Of a stretch of 64,000 bases of DNA, positions 40,784 to 50,443 are shown piece by piece. Both the position numbers and the translations under genes were made by a program. The notes beneath the pieces are model-generated. The model saw only the letters and a program-made list of their open reading frames with translations. It searched no databases and was not told the origin of the DNA. Source of the stretch: Elusimicrobia bacterium GWA2_56_46 (GTDB lineage: Bacteria; Elusimicrobiota; Elusimicrobia; Elusimicrobiales; UBA9959); the NCBI GenBank assembly GCA_001799575.1, contig MGTT01000028.1:79274-143273 (forward strand), in the 5' to 3' direction. Positions within the stretch are counted from its first letter, which is position 1. Each line of letters begins with the position of its first letter.

Positions 40784-42384
40784 GCTCCAAGGGATCCCTG
40801 ATTTTTCTTCTGCACGCGCATCTGCCTTACGTCAACCACCCCGAACATACCGATTTTCTTGAGGAGAACTGGTTTTTTGAAGGCGTGGTCGAGACTTATA
40901 TCCCGCTCATCTCCGTGCTGGACAGGCTGGTGCGCGACGGTATCCGGCCCGGTATCGCCATTTCCGTTTCCCCGACCCTTGGCGCGATGCTGGAAAACGA
41001 ACAGCTGGAAAAGAAGCTGGCCCGGTATATAGACTCCCGCCTGGAGTTGATAGAAAAAGAACTTCTCCGGACGGAGAATGATCCCGTCCTCTCAAAGATC
41101 GTGCGTCTTTACGCCCGGCTTTACGAGGAAGCCGCGGCGATGATCCATAAATACAGCGGCGATCTCATAACCCCTTTGAAACAGCTTCAGCACGCCGGGC
41201 ACATAGAGATCATCACCACTTCGGCCACGCACGCGGTTCTTCCGCTGCTGGCGCATCCGGAAGCGCTGCGCGCCCAGATAGCGGCGGCGGCCGACGATTA
41301 CTTCGACAGGTTCAATATCAAGGCGTCGGGTTTCTGGCTGCCGGAGTGCGCCTATGATCCGCGTGTGCAGACTTATCTCAAGCTTTCCGGTTTCGAATAT
41401 ATCTTTACGGAATCGCACGCGGTTAATTTCGCCGATCCCGCGCCTGGAACAGGGGTCTATGCCTCCTATCGCACCCAGAACGGGATAAATATTTTCGCCC
41501 GCGACGCCGACTCCTCCAGGGAGGTGTGGAGCGCCAAGTTCGGCTATCCCGGCGACCCGTCCTACCGGGAGTTTTACCGCGACATGGGCTATGACGCGGA
41601 CTACGATTATATAAAACCGTATTTAAGCGCCGACGGCCTGCGCCGGTCGCTGGGCCTGAAATACCACCGCATTACAGGCGAGGTGGATCTTTCCAAAAAA
41701 CTTTATTACGATCCAGACGAGGCCATGGCTACCGTGGAGCGCCACGCCGCGGATTTCCTGGACCGGCGCATGAGGCAGGTGGAAGAGCTGCATTCCTCTA
41801 AAGGCATCCGGCCTGTGATCGTAGGTTGTTATGATGCCGAGCTGTTCGGCCACTGGTGGTTCGAAGGTCCAGCTTTTCTGGAAAGCGTTTTGAGGAAGAT
41901 CCGGGCCGACCGGCTGCCTTTGCAGTTCGTTACGCCGGGCGAATATCTCAATTCCTGCCACGAGCCGGCCGGGCTCAATCCGCAGATTTCATCCTGGGGG
42001 GAGAACGGTTATTTCGATCCCTGGGTGAACGAAACCAACGACGCCATCTACCCCAGGGTGCTGGATCTGACGGACAGGATGATAGAGACCGCCAACCGTT
42101 TCCGCAGCCAGGATCTGTCCAGCGTGACGCTGAGGGCCCTTAACCAGGCCGCCCGCGAAGTGCTGCTGGCCCAGAGTTCGGATTGGCCTTTCCTTATGTA
42201 CATCGGCTCCCATTCCCAGTACGCCGCCTCCAGAGTGGACGGCCACGCGGCCAACGCCGCCCGGCTGCTCTCCGAGGTGCTGGAGAGGTGCGTGGACGAA
42301 AAATTCCTCGGCGACCTGGAAAAAAAGAACAATCTGTTCCACAGACTGGATTTCCGCCTCTTCGCCTCCGTCTCAAAATTCTAA
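40780..42384 (+). CDS. Glycoside hydrolase family 57 enzyme (1,4-alpha-glucan branching enzyme type).
   Basis: The N-terminus LHAHLPYVNHPE and the catalytic region are typical of GH57. The length is 534 aa. Confidence 0.82.
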   Translation: MSSKGSLIFLLHAHLPYVNHPEHTDFLEENWFFEGVVETYIPLISVLDRLVRDGIRPGIAISVSPTLGAMLENEQLEKKLARYIDSRLELIEKELLRTENDPVLSKIVRLYARLYEEAAAMIHKYSGDLITPLKQLQHAGHIEIITTSATHAVLPLLAHPEALRAQIAAAADDYFDRFNIKASGFWLPECAYDPRVQTYLKLSGFEYIFTESHAVNFADPAPGTGVYASYRTQNGINIFARDADSSREVWSAKFGYPGDPSYREFYRDMGYDADYDYIKPYLSADGLRRSLGLKYHRITGEVDLSKKLYYDPDEAMATVERHAADFLDRRMRQVEELHSSKGIRPVIVGCYDAELFGHWWFEGPAFLESVLRKIRADRLPLQFVTPGEYLNSCHEPAGLNPQISSWGENGYFDPWVNETNDAIYPRVLDLTDRMIETANRFRSQDLSSVTLRALNQAAREVLLAQSSDWPFLMYIGSHSQYAASRVDGHAANAARLLSEVLERCVDEKFLGDLEKKNNLFHRLDFRLFASVSKF

Positions 42385-42404
42385 AAACGAGGGTTAAAAG
42401 CTTT

Positions 42405-42531
42405 TGTCATTCCCGCAGGCTGTTAGCGGGAATCCATAAATCTTTACTCAATGGATCCCGGCCAACAATACCTGCGTAGGTGCCGTTTCAGGGGCTATGC
42501 CCCTCAGACGGCCAGATCGCCGGGATGACAG
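42405..42531. mobile_element. MITE-like element, copy 2 (127 bp, with an internal ~45 bp insertion relative to copy 1). It lies between the convergent GH57 and rluD genes.
   Basis: tgtcattcccgcaggctgttagcgggaatccataaatctttactcaatggatcccggcc...gccgggatgacag has the same termini as the element at 10870-10945. Confidence 0.7.
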
Positions 42532-42537
42532 AGCTTT

Positions 42538-43455
42538 CTATTTTTCCGCTTTCTTGATTTTTGTCCATTCGCGGCGGAAATCTTCCGGGAGGTCCGCTTT
42601 TAACGTCATCTTCTTGTTCTTCGAGGGGTGGAGGAAAGTGATCTCCCGGGAGTGGAGCAGCAGGCGGGAAGATCTTTCCCCGCCGTAAAGCCTGTCTCCG
42701 ACCAGCGGATGGCCGATGAACTCAAGGTGGATCCTTATCTGATTCGTGCGGCCGGTGCGGGGATAGATCTCCAGCAGAGCGTGTTTCTTTGTTTTTTCCG
42801 TTATAAGGAAGTCGGTCTGCGCGGCCCGGCCGTATTCCCAGACCTTTATTTTCTTGAAGCCGGAAGCCCGGCCGATCGGTGCGTCTATTGTCCCGGATTT
42901 TTTGGCCGGCACGCCGCCGACGACTCCCACATACGTTTTTTCCACCAGCCTTTCGCGGAACTGGGTCTGCAGGGCTGTTTGCGCCTCAAGCGTCTTTGCC
43001 ACCAGCATAAGACCGCTGGTGTCCCTGTCCAGGCGGTGCACCAGGCCCATGCGGGGCAGCATATTATCTCCGAGCGCCGGCCGGGCCTTCAACAGCATGG
43101 AGACCAGCGTTTCCTCGCTGACCAGGCAGGTTTCGGGGCGGCGTTCCCAGTTGGAGTCGTTGGGGTGCACGGGTATGCCGGCGGGTTTATCAACGGCCAG
43201 CAGGTCTTTGTCCTCGTAGATTATGATGGAGTCCAGGGGGGCCGTCTCCTTTTTTCCCATGGCGGGCAGATCCAGCGCCACCGAGTCGCCGGGGCTGAGC
43301 AGGAAAGAGGGTTTCCTGGGCTTGCCGTTGACCAGCGCCCTGCCGTCATTTATCAGCCGTTTTACGAACTCCCGCGAGAGCCCGGTTTCCGAGCGGGTTA
43401 TGAAGATGTCCAGCCTCTCCGGCGCGCCTTCGAAGATCATTGCCTGTGGTTTCAT
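42538..43455 (-). CDS. rluD: RluA-family 23S rRNA pseudouridine synthase (RluD-like) with an S4 domain.
   Basis: The HRLDxxTSG motif appears as HRLDRDTSGLM, and there is an S4-like N-terminus. Confidence 0.85.
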   Translation of the reverse strand: MKPQAMIFEGAPERLDIFITRSETGLSREFVKRLINDGRALVNGKPRKPSFLLSPGDSVALDLPAMGKKETAPLDSIIIYEDKDLLAVDKPAGIPVHPNDSNWERRPETCLVSEETLVSMLLKARPALGDNMLPRMGLVHRLDRDTSGLMLVAKTLEAQTALQTQFRERLVEKTYVGVVGGVPAKKSGTIDAPIGRASGFKKIKVWEYGRAAQTDFLITEKTKKHALLEIYPRTGRTNQIRIHLEFIGHPLVGDRLYGGERSSRLLLHSREITFLHPSKNKKMTLKADLPEDFRREWTKIKKAEK

Positions 43456-44234
43456 TTTTTTATCCTGACTATCATAAATACCGCGGCCAACGCCGCGGCG
43501 GCCGACACCGCCTGGGCGGGTGAAAGCCCCAGCCAAACTCCGCCCCTGTCGTCGCCCCGCAGGAACTCAAGGGAGAACCGCAGTACGGAGTACGCCAGGA
43601 TGTAGGCGGAGAGAATCATTCCCGCGGCGGAGGTCTTTTCCCGGCGGGATAACCAGACCAGCCCTCCGAATATGAGAAAATTTCCGGCGGATTCGTAAAT
43701 CTGAACCGGGTGGAGGGGTACGTCGAGCCAGGCGGCCGGCACTTCGCATCTTGGGTCAGTAAAAATCACGCCGAAACTGTTTCCTGAAGGCCGCCCGTAG
43801 CAGCAGCCGGCCAGGAAGCACCCCAGCCGCCCGAATCCGTGCGCCAGAGCCAGTGCCGGGGCGAAGTGATCGGCTGTCATTAAAAAATCAAGTTTATGGC
43901 GCCGGCAATAAAAGAAAAATGCCGCGGCTCCGGCCGCAAGACCCCCGTAAAATACGAAACCGTACGGGAATGATTTGAAAATGTAGATAAGACGTGAGAG
44001 CGTATCAGGGCCAAGTTCGGGCCAATAAGTGAGCGCGTAAGCCGCTTTCGCGCCCAGGATGCCTGCCAGGGCGGAGTAAAATACCAGATCCGCCGCCCGA
44101 TCCCGGTTTAAAACGGCGCCTGCCCGGCTTTTAACGGTCATCAGATAGAGAATGGCGGCCGCGTAGCCGAGGGCTATCATGAATCCGTAAGCGGGCAGTT
44201 TGAAACCGCCGATATGGAATAAAACAGGGTGCAT
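43452..44234 (-). CDS. lgt: Prolipoprotein diacylglyceryl transferase.
   Basis: The Lgt signature GRLGCFLAGCCYG is present, along with multiple TM helices. Confidence 0.9.
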   Translation of the reverse strand: MHPVLFHIGGFKLPAYGFMIALGYAAAILYLMTVKSRAGAVLNRDRAADLVFYSALAGILGAKAAYALTYWPELGPDTLSRLIYIFKSFPYGFVFYGGLAAGAAAFFFYCRRHKLDFLMTADHFAPALALAHGFGRLGCFLAGCCYGRPSGNSFGVIFTDPRCEVPAAWLDVPLHPVQIYESAGNFLIFGGLVWLSRREKTSAAGMILSAYILAYSVLRFSLEFLRGDDRGGVWLGLSPAQAVSAAAALAAVFMIVRIKK

Positions 44235-44247
44235 AAGGATTCCGCGC

Positions 44248-44892
44248 TCACACTGCCGCTTTCAGGAACTCCGCTTCGCTTTTGGCGGCTAGTTTCATAT
44301 ATATATTATATTCCTTTTGTGCGCCGATGGTGGAAGTGTCTCCATTGTATGAGTGGCCGGGGTAGAGCTCCGTCCCGTCCGGCAGAGCGGCCAGTTTTAG
44401 AAGGCTGCGGCGCAGCGCCCGCGGATCCGAGCCCGGCAGATCCGCGCGGCCGCACGCTCCGACGAAAAGCGTATCTCCGGAGAAGACGGCTCCCTCCGCC
44501 AGGTAGCAGACCGAGCCGGGGGTATGCCCCGGAGTGTGGATGACCTCTATTTTAACACGTCCGATCTCCAGCTCTTCGTCCCCGGCCAGCAGAGTCAGAG
44601 GGCCGATGCCCGGCTCCAGAAGAAAAGTATCTTCCTTATGTACGGTCAACGCCAGTCCCTTATCTTTTCCGAGAAAATAACGCGCGGCATTTGCATGATC
44701 CGGATGGGCGTGCGTGAGCAGGAGGAGCCTGACGGAAAGTTTCTCTTTCCGCAGGAATTCTTCCACGGTCTCCGGCTGCCAGGCCGGGTCGATGACAGCG
44801 GCCTCTTTCAGACCCTTATCCCAGACAATGTAGGAGAAATTGTCCATGGGGCCGAGCTTCAGCTGTTTTATTCTTACTGTTTTTTCCCTCAT
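44248..44892 (-). CDS. MBL-fold metallo-hydrolase (glyoxalase II-like).
   Basis: HAHPDH motif. The start codon is embedded in a heptamer repeat. Confidence 0.82.
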   Translation of the reverse strand: MREKTVRIKQLKLGPMDNFSYIVWDKGLKEAAVIDPAWQPETVEEFLRKEKLSVRLLLLTHAHPDHANAARYFLGKDKGLALTVHKEDTFLLEPGIGPLTLLAGDEELEIGRVKIEVIHTPGHTPGSVCYLAEGAVFSGDTLFVGACGRADLPGSDPRALRRSLLKLAALPDGTELYPGHSYNGDTSTIGAQKEYNIYMKLAAKSEAEFLKAAV

Positions 44893-44912
44893 CCTTCATC
44901 CTTCATCCCTCC
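44889..44912. repeat. Heptamer simple-sequence repeat. On the plus strand it is (TCATCCY)x3; on the minus strand it is GGATGAA GGATGAA GGATGAG. It overlaps the start codon and RBS of the MBL hydrolase gene.
   Basis: Read on the minus strand: aagggaggg ATGAAGG ATGAAGG ATGAGGGAAAAA. This gives three ATGs 7 nt apart, and only the third is in frame with the ORF. Confidence 0.7.
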
Positions 44913-44913
44913 C

Positions 44914-45192
44914 TTATTTGGGAGGGGGGAAACGGTATTCGATTTCGTCGGGTCTGACCAGGCCGAGTTCTTTGCGGGCCATGTGTTCGATCCGGCCGGG
45001 TTCTTTCATTGTCCTAAGCCGTGTTTCCAGACGGATCTTTTCCGCCTCGAACTTCACTTTCTGGTTTTTCAGCCGGCGGTACTCCAGCGAGTTCCGGATC
45101 AGGGTTCTGAATCCTCTGTTGGACAGCAGGAAGAGGGCCATCAGGAGCAGGACGGCGTATTTCAGCCTGGCGCTGTGTTTTTTTAACTGCAT
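44914..45192 (-). CDS. ftsB: Septum formation initiator family protein (FtsB/DivIC-like).
   Basis: The protein is ~92 aa with an N-terminal TM helix followed by a coiled coil (EYRRLKNQKVKFEAEKIRLE...). Confidence 0.7.
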   Translation of the reverse strand: MQLKKHSARLKYAVLLLMALFLLSNRGFRTLIRNSLEYRRLKNQKVKFEAEKIRLETRLRTMKEPGRIEHMARKELGLVRPDEIEYRFPPPK

Positions 45193-45249
45193 GGCGGGAG
45201 AATCAGCTAAAGGCACGCGGGAATGACAGGGATTCGCCGCGTCCCGCTA

Positions 45250-46530
45250 TTAGAACCTGAAGACCATGTCTTTCGCGTACCGGGCCTTATTGCCCAGTTC
45301 TTCCTCTATCCTGATGAGCTGGTTGTATTTACAGAGGCGTTCCGAGCGGCAGGGGGCGCCGGTCTTGATCGCGCCGGCGTTGGTGGCCACGGCCAGATCC
45401 GAGATGAAAGCGTCTTCCGTTTCTCCGGAGCGGTGCGAGATGATGGTCGCGAAGCCGGCCTTGTGGGCCATCTCTATGACGCGTACGGTCTCGGTCAGGG
45501 AGCCTATCTGGTTAAGCTTGATAAGGATAGCGTTGGCGATGCCCTCTTCGATTCCCCGTTTAAGGCGCACGGGGTTGGTCACGAAAAGATCGTCTCCCAC
45601 GATGCGGGCTTTTTTTCCAAGATGTTTGGTCATGTGTTCCCAGCCGTCCCAGTCATCCTCGGCAAGAGGATCCTCATAGGAGACGATGGGAAAATGTTTT
45701 TTCCATTCCGAGTATTTGGCGGTCAGTTCCTGGTAGGTGAGATTGGAACTTTCAAAAACGTAGCGGTCGTTCTGGTAGAATTCGCTAGCGGCGGAGTCCA
45801 GCGCTATCTGCACTTCCTTGAACGTGTACCCGGCGTCCTTGATCGCCTTGCAGATGGTTTCGATGACCGCCTCATGGGTGAAGATCTTGGGAGCAAAGCC
45901 GCCCTCGTCGCCCACGGAGACGGTGTAGCCGCCCTTGGAGAGGATGCTCTTGAGCGTATGATAGATCTCGGAGCCGACGCGGATGGCCTCGGAAAATTTC
46001 GCCGCCCCGGTCGGCACTATCATGAATTCCTGGATGTTGATGCCGCTGTCGGCGTGCTTGCCGCCGTTCACGATGTTGAGCATCGGGGCCGGAATGATGA
46101 AATTTTTGTGTTTCAATCCGTAGGCCTTGCGGATGTAGGCGTAAAGCGGCAGGCGGGCCGAGGCGGCCGCCGCGCGCGCCAGCGCCATGGAAACCGAGAG
46201 GATGGCGTTCGCCCCCAGCTTGGATTTGGTATGGGTGCCGTCCAATTCTATCATCAGCCCGTCTATCTTGACCGGATCGGCTTTGAGCCCGGCTATTTCG
46301 GGGGCGATCAGATCCGCTACGTTCTCCACGGCCTTGACCACGCCTTTGCCCATGTAACGTTTGCCGCCGTCGCGGAGTTCCAGGGCCTCGTGGGCGCCCG
46401 TGGAGGCGCCGCTGGGCACCGCGGCGCGGCCGAAAGAACCGTCCGTCAGGTAAATATCGGTTTCCACGGTGGGGAACCCCCTGGAATCAAGGATTTCCCT
46501 GGAAATGACTTTTTTTATTTTGGCGTCCAT
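45250..46530 (-). CDS. eno: Enolase.
   Basis: The N-terminus is [23 protein letters not shown] and the rest is full-length enolase. Confidence 0.95.
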   Translation of the reverse strand: MDAKIKKVISREILDSRGFPTVETDIYLTDGSFGRAAVPSGASTGAHEALELRDGGKRYMGKGVVKAVENVADLIAPEIAGLKADPVKIDGLMIELDGTHTKSKLGANAILSVSMALARAAAASARLPLYAYIRKAYGLKHKNFIIPAPMLNIVNGGKHADSGINIQEFMIVPTGAAKFSEAIRVGSEIYHTLKSILSKGGYTVSVGDEGGFAPKIFTHEAVIETICKAIKDAGYTFKEVQIALDSAASEFYQNDRYVFESSNLTYQELTAKYSEWKKHFPIVSYEDPLAEDDWDGWEHMTKHLGKKARIVGDDLFVTNPVRLKRGIEEGIANAILIKLNQIGSLTETVRVIEMAHKAGFATIISHRSGETEDAFISDLAVATNAGAIKTGAPCRSERLCKYNQLIRIEEELGNKARYAKDMVFRF

Positions 46531-46599
46531 AATTTTCTCCTTTCAAAATCCGGCCCCGTACGCCTCAGGCGGACGGTGTCGTTCCGACCAGCTGTTGTT

Positions 46600-48096
46600 C
46601 TAAAATTTTCCGTTCACGATCTTTTTTCCGGAATCTATGAGCGCGTCCATCCTCGGCTTAGTGGCGGCCTCGGCGTAGATCCCGACCGTTTGTCCCGCGC
46701 CGGAGGGATGAAGGCCCAGCCAGCTGCCGTCTTTCATGATGAACTTGAAACCGTCCGTATGGTCTATTCTCCAGACCGAGGCGCCGGCCAGGGTCAGCGG
46801 AGGGCGGTGCGTCAGTTTCTCTATGACGGCGGCGAAGTTCACGCCTTCGTCCACCCTCAGTTCCATTCTGGTGTTCACGAAATCCCCGACTTTTTTATTG
46901 AGTTCCGCCAGCAGCTTTTTTATGGGTTTGCGTTCGTAGGCCGCCATTTCCGCCATAAGCAGGCAGGCCAGTATACCGTCCTGTTCCGGAGTGTGGCCCA
47001 GGATTGAAAGTCCGCCGGAGTCGTCTCCGCCGATCAGGTACTGGCCGGTGCGCAGCAGATTCCCGATGTGCCTGAAGCCGACCGGGGTTTCTCTTACCGC
47101 AAGACCGTAATGGCGGGCGATGGAATCCACGAAATGCGAGGTCATCAGCGACCGGGCCACCTTGCCTTTGAGGCCGCGGTTCTTTACCAGGTGTTCCAGC
47201 GCCAGGCCCAGCACCAGGTTGGGATGTATCCACGTCCCGTCGGAATCTATTACGCCGTAGCGGCCGGCGTCGCAATCGCAGGCCAGGCCCAGGTGAAGGC
47301 GGTTCCCGGTCACAGTTTCCCTCAGGACTCTGAGGTTTTCCGCGTCGGTATCGGGAGCCGCGCCGCCGAACAGCACATCCCGGTTTTCCCGCAGGGGGAT
47401 GACCCTGACGCCGAGCTTCTCAAGCGCCGGCCGCAGATAAGCGCGGGCGGCGCCATGACTGGAATCGGCCGCGACTTTAAGGCCGGCTTTTTTTATGGCT
47501 CCCGCGTCCAGCAGGGAGTAAAGCTGGTTGAGATAACTTTCGCGAAAATCCAGAATTTTTATGACTCCGGCGGAGAGAGCCTGGTCGAACGGAACGATCT
47601 TTTCGGCTTCGGCTATGGTGAGGCCTTGCGCGCGGGCATCAAGATCGTCCGCTATCTGCGGGAGGGCCGGCCCGCCCCAGTAGGGGATCCATTTGAAGCC
47701 GCTATAGTGGGCGGGGAAATGGCCCGCTGTCACCGTTACTCCGCCCGCCGCGAAAGTTTTCATGACCGTCCAGGCCACCGCGGGGGTCGGCGCGTCCGCG
47801 TTCGACAGCAGCACCGTCAGGCCTTCCGCGGCGAACGCTTCCGCGGTGTTTTTGGCGAATTCCTCTGAAAAGTAGCGCGTATCGTAGCCCACCGCCACGT
47901 GCTGGATCTTTGGGGCGGTTTTTCCGTTATTTTTCAAATGCAGGAGATATTCTTCGCTTTTATAGCCGTATTCCCGGTTTTCCTTTATGTGCTCGGCGGC
48001 GGCATGGGCGGCTCTGCGCAGATTGGTCACGTTAAAACCGTCGGCGATAACGGCCCTCCAGCCCGAGGCGCCGAATCTTATATTTGCGGTTGCCAT
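46600..48096 (-). CDS. Alpha-D-phosphohexomutase family protein (phosphoglucomutase / phosphomannomutase).
   Basis: It has the four-domain PGM/PMM architecture, the sugar-binding loop and a metal-binding DxDxDR-like motif (ACDCDAGR). Confidence 0.75.
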   Translation of the reverse strand: MATANIRFGASGWRAVIADGFNVTNLRRAAHAAAEHIKENREYGYKSEEYLLHLKNNGKTAPKIQHVAVGYDTRYFSEEFAKNTAEAFAAEGLTVLLSNADAPTPAVAWTVMKTFAAGGVTVTAGHFPAHYSGFKWIPYWGGPALPQIADDLDARAQGLTIAEAEKIVPFDQALSAGVIKILDFRESYLNQLYSLLDAGAIKKAGLKVAADSSHGAARAYLRPALEKLGVRVIPLRENRDVLFGGAAPDTDAENLRVLRETVTGNRLHLGLACDCDAGRYGVIDSDGTWIHPNLVLGLALEHLVKNRGLKGKVARSLMTSHFVDSIARHYGLAVRETPVGFRHIGNLLRTGQYLIGGDDSGGLSILGHTPEQDGILACLLMAEMAAYERKPIKKLLAELNKKVGDFVNTRMELRVDEGVNFAAVIEKLTHRPPLTLAGASVWRIDHTDGFKFIMKDGSWLGLHPSGAGQTVGIYAEAATKPRMDALIDSGKKIVNGKF

Positions 48097-48171
48097 AGAC
48101 TGAGAATATAGCAAAAAATCCGGAGTAAAGCAAAAAAACCACAGCGGGTATTTTGCTAGAATGTTCTACCA

Positions 48172-48600
48172 ATGAAAAGCATCTCCGCCAAATCCACGGT
48201 TTACCTTATAGACGGTTCCAATTTCTCCAGGAGTTTCTGGGATCGGAGGCAGGGGGAGAAGCCGGACGCGCTTGAGGCCGAGTTTCTCGACTGGCTGGAT
48301 GAGGTCTCCAGACTTGAACCCCTGAGCGCCTCGTGTTTCCGGGTCATCTTTGACGGCGGTTTCCGGCCCGTGCGGAGCCTGGCCAATCCGGCCATCAGCG
48401 TTCATTTCAGCGGGGACGAGCCGGCGGACGATTTTCTGCTGGAGCGGTCTTATTTCCTGGTCACCGAGGGCGCGCGGTGCGTAATCGTTTCGAATGACCG
48501 GGAGATAAGGGAAAAGGCCGCGGCCGAGAAAGTGAAGTCCATGCCCTGCGAAGTTTTCTACCGCCTCTGCGACGTGGAGCTGAAGAAAGGAAACAGGTAA
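48172..48600 (+). CDS. NYN-domain protein, YacP/Rae1-like predicted RNase.
   Basis: The motifs LIDGSNF and VIFDGG, plus acidic residues, match the YacP-like NYN fold. Confidence 0.6.
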   Translation: MKSISAKSTVYLIDGSNFSRSFWDRRQGEKPDALEAEFLDWLDEVSRLEPLSASCFRVIFDGGFRPVRSLANPAISVHFSGDEPADDFLLERSYFLVTEGARCVIVSNDREIREKAAAEKVKSMPCEVFYRLCDVELKKGNR

Positions 48601-48630
48601 GGCGTGCCTCAAAAGTTCACGTAATTTTTC

Positions 48631-48690
48631 TGTCATTCCTGCAATTTGTTGGCAGGAATCCAAACAACGTTTATGGGGATTGCTTTTGGA
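48631..48690. mobile_element. MITE-like element, copy 3 (divergent and partial).
   Basis: tgtcattcctgcaatttgttggcaggaatccaaacaacgtttatgggg shares the terminus and first hairpin with copies 1 and 2. Confidence 0.5.
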
Positions 48691-48795
48691 CGCCCTCAAA
48701 AGCCTAACTTTCCGCAGTAACTGACACAGGGAACACCGCTATGCGGCGTTCCCTGTGTGTGTCCTCAAATGGTCGGAACCTGTTGTTTTCTAATC

Positions 48796-49236
48796 TTACT
48801 TCCCGACTACACCACACAGTATTCTAACCAGGCCCTCAGCAGCTGTGTGCATACTCAGCGATGCGGGATCTCCGAGCTTGGGCAAAGCCATCATGGCCGT
48901 GCCGCCGAAGTCCCTGTCACCAGTACGACTGATCATTAATACCAAACCAGCCTCTTCCTTAATAGCGCTGAACCGGAAAGAGCGTATGACCCCGGTGCTG
49001 GCAACACTCTCAGTCAACACTCCTAGTTCCACTTCTGCCATGTTGGCGCCAAAACCTAAATACCCATTGCACGAATATTTTTCACTGGCTACGGCCTTAA
49101 CACCGACCACTGCGGGAACCGGGGTGACACCATCGGTTCCAGAAGAGCTATTAAGCTGTTCCACCACAGGCCCGGCATAAACTCCGCCAGAGAGCCCAAG
49201 CAACACTGTCGCCATCGCTATTATCTTTTTCATTTT
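48796..49236 (-). CDS. Hypothetical secreted protein, lying in a local low-GC patch.
   Basis: There is a signal peptide (MKKIIAMATVLLGLSGGVYA) and a strong RBS (GGAGGA). The local GC is about 50%, compared with ~62% for the window. Confidence 0.55.
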   Translation of the reverse strand, partial: KMKKIIAMATVLLGLSGGVYAGPVVEQLNSSSGTDGVTPVPAVVGVKAVASEKYSCNGYLGFGANMAEVELGVLTESVASTGVIRSFRFSAIKEEAGLVLMISRTGDRDFGGTAMMALPKLGDPASLSMHTAAEGLVRILCGVVGK

Positions 49237-49639
49237 ATTTTCTCCTCTAAGTTTAAGTTCCACATCTTGTTTTGATATCTGTCGCCCATAGTAAACCTTG
49301 TTGCGTTACTATAGTTTAGCCTGTAAAGAAGTTCCCACCAAGAGTCATAAGACCCAATCGTTTTTTTTTGACTAATTTCACCTGGGCCTTTCGGTCCGTA
49401 AAATATAGGTGCACAAACATGGTTGTCGGGTTAGTTGCCTCGTCACACCGGCGCAAGTCGTTCGGCATACCGGCGAAAGCCGCTATCCAGCATTAGGAAT
49501 ACCTGGATTCCGGCTTGCGCCGGAAAGACGACTTGGGCTTATGTGAGCTTTTGGGGATAACAGGTAAGGCAAAATCTCCTTGGCGGGAAAAATGCTAAAA
49601 TAAATCGTAGATTTTGTGCGCTAAATAGTGGGAAGAGAG

Positions 49640-49724
49640 CCCGGGTGCTGTAACTGGTAGCCAGAGCTGACTTAAAATCAGCTGGAGGTTTCCTCCGTGT
49701 GGGTTCGAGTCCCACCCCGGGCAT
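49640..49724 (+). tRNA. tRNA-Leu (anticodon UAA), type II with a long variable arm.
   Basis: Acceptor GCCCGGG/CCCGGGC, anticodon loop CTTAAAA, variable stem GGAGG/CCTCC, T-loop GTGGGTTCGAGTCCCAC. There is no encoded CCA. Confidence 0.85.
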
Positions 49725-49808
49725 TATAGGCGTTTTTTGAAAGGATATCAGCGAGAAATTTGAGGATTAAAGGGTCATAAAACTTGATCCGCAAAGAGGT
49801 GAAAAATT

Positions 49809-50435
49809 ATGGGTATAGTCCCCGAAGGCGTAAAACTTATCTGGATCGGAGCCGCGGCCGCCGTAGTGGGCGGCGTGGCGTCTTTCTGGCTGAAGTGGCT
49901 GGGCGTGCCGGTGCTGGCCCTGGGCGTTTTTTTCGCGGTGTTCTCGGCTTATTTTTTTCGCGACCCCGACAGGGACAAGATCTTCGCCCCGGGCGAGATC
50001 GTCTGCCCCGCCGACGGTAAAGTGCTGAGCGTGAGGACCGAGGACGATCCCAATGTCACCGTGGTGCGGATCTTCCTTTCCGTTTTCAACGTGCATCTCC
50101 AGCGGTCGCCGATGGAGGGAAAAGTTGAGAGCGTCACTTATACAAAGGGTAAATTCGCCATCGCTTACAAGCCGGAAGCTTCGGAAAACGAACGCAACCT
50201 TATAAAAATAACGGGCGCAAACGGGCGTTTCGCGCACGTCGAGCAGCTTACCGGCTCGATAGCCAGGCGCATAGTCGCTTATGTCAAGGCCGGAGAGGAA
50301 GTAAAGGCCGGGGCTAAAATAGGCATGATCTATTTCGGTTCCCAGGTGGCGGTGTATCTGCCCAAGGACGTCCGCGTCCTTGTGAAGCCCGGAGATAAAG
50401 TCCGCGGCGCTGAAACTATACTGGGACTTTGGTAG
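49809..50435 (+). CDS. psd: Phosphatidylserine decarboxylase (short, archaeal/bacterial Psd type).
   Basis: It has the FGSQV self-cleavage (GS) motif and N-terminal TM helices. Confidence 0.82.
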   Translation: MGIVPEGVKLIWIGAAAAVVGGVASFWLKWLGVPVLALGVFFAVFSAYFFRDPDRDKIFAPGEIVCPADGKVLSVRTEDDPNVTVVRIFLSVFNVHLQRSPMEGKVESVTYTKGKFAIAYKPEASENERNLIKITGANGRFAHVEQLTGSIARRIVAYVKAGEEVKAGAKIGMIYFGSQVAVYLPKDVRVLVKPGDKVRGAETILGLW

Positions 50436-50443
50436 GAGGCGAC

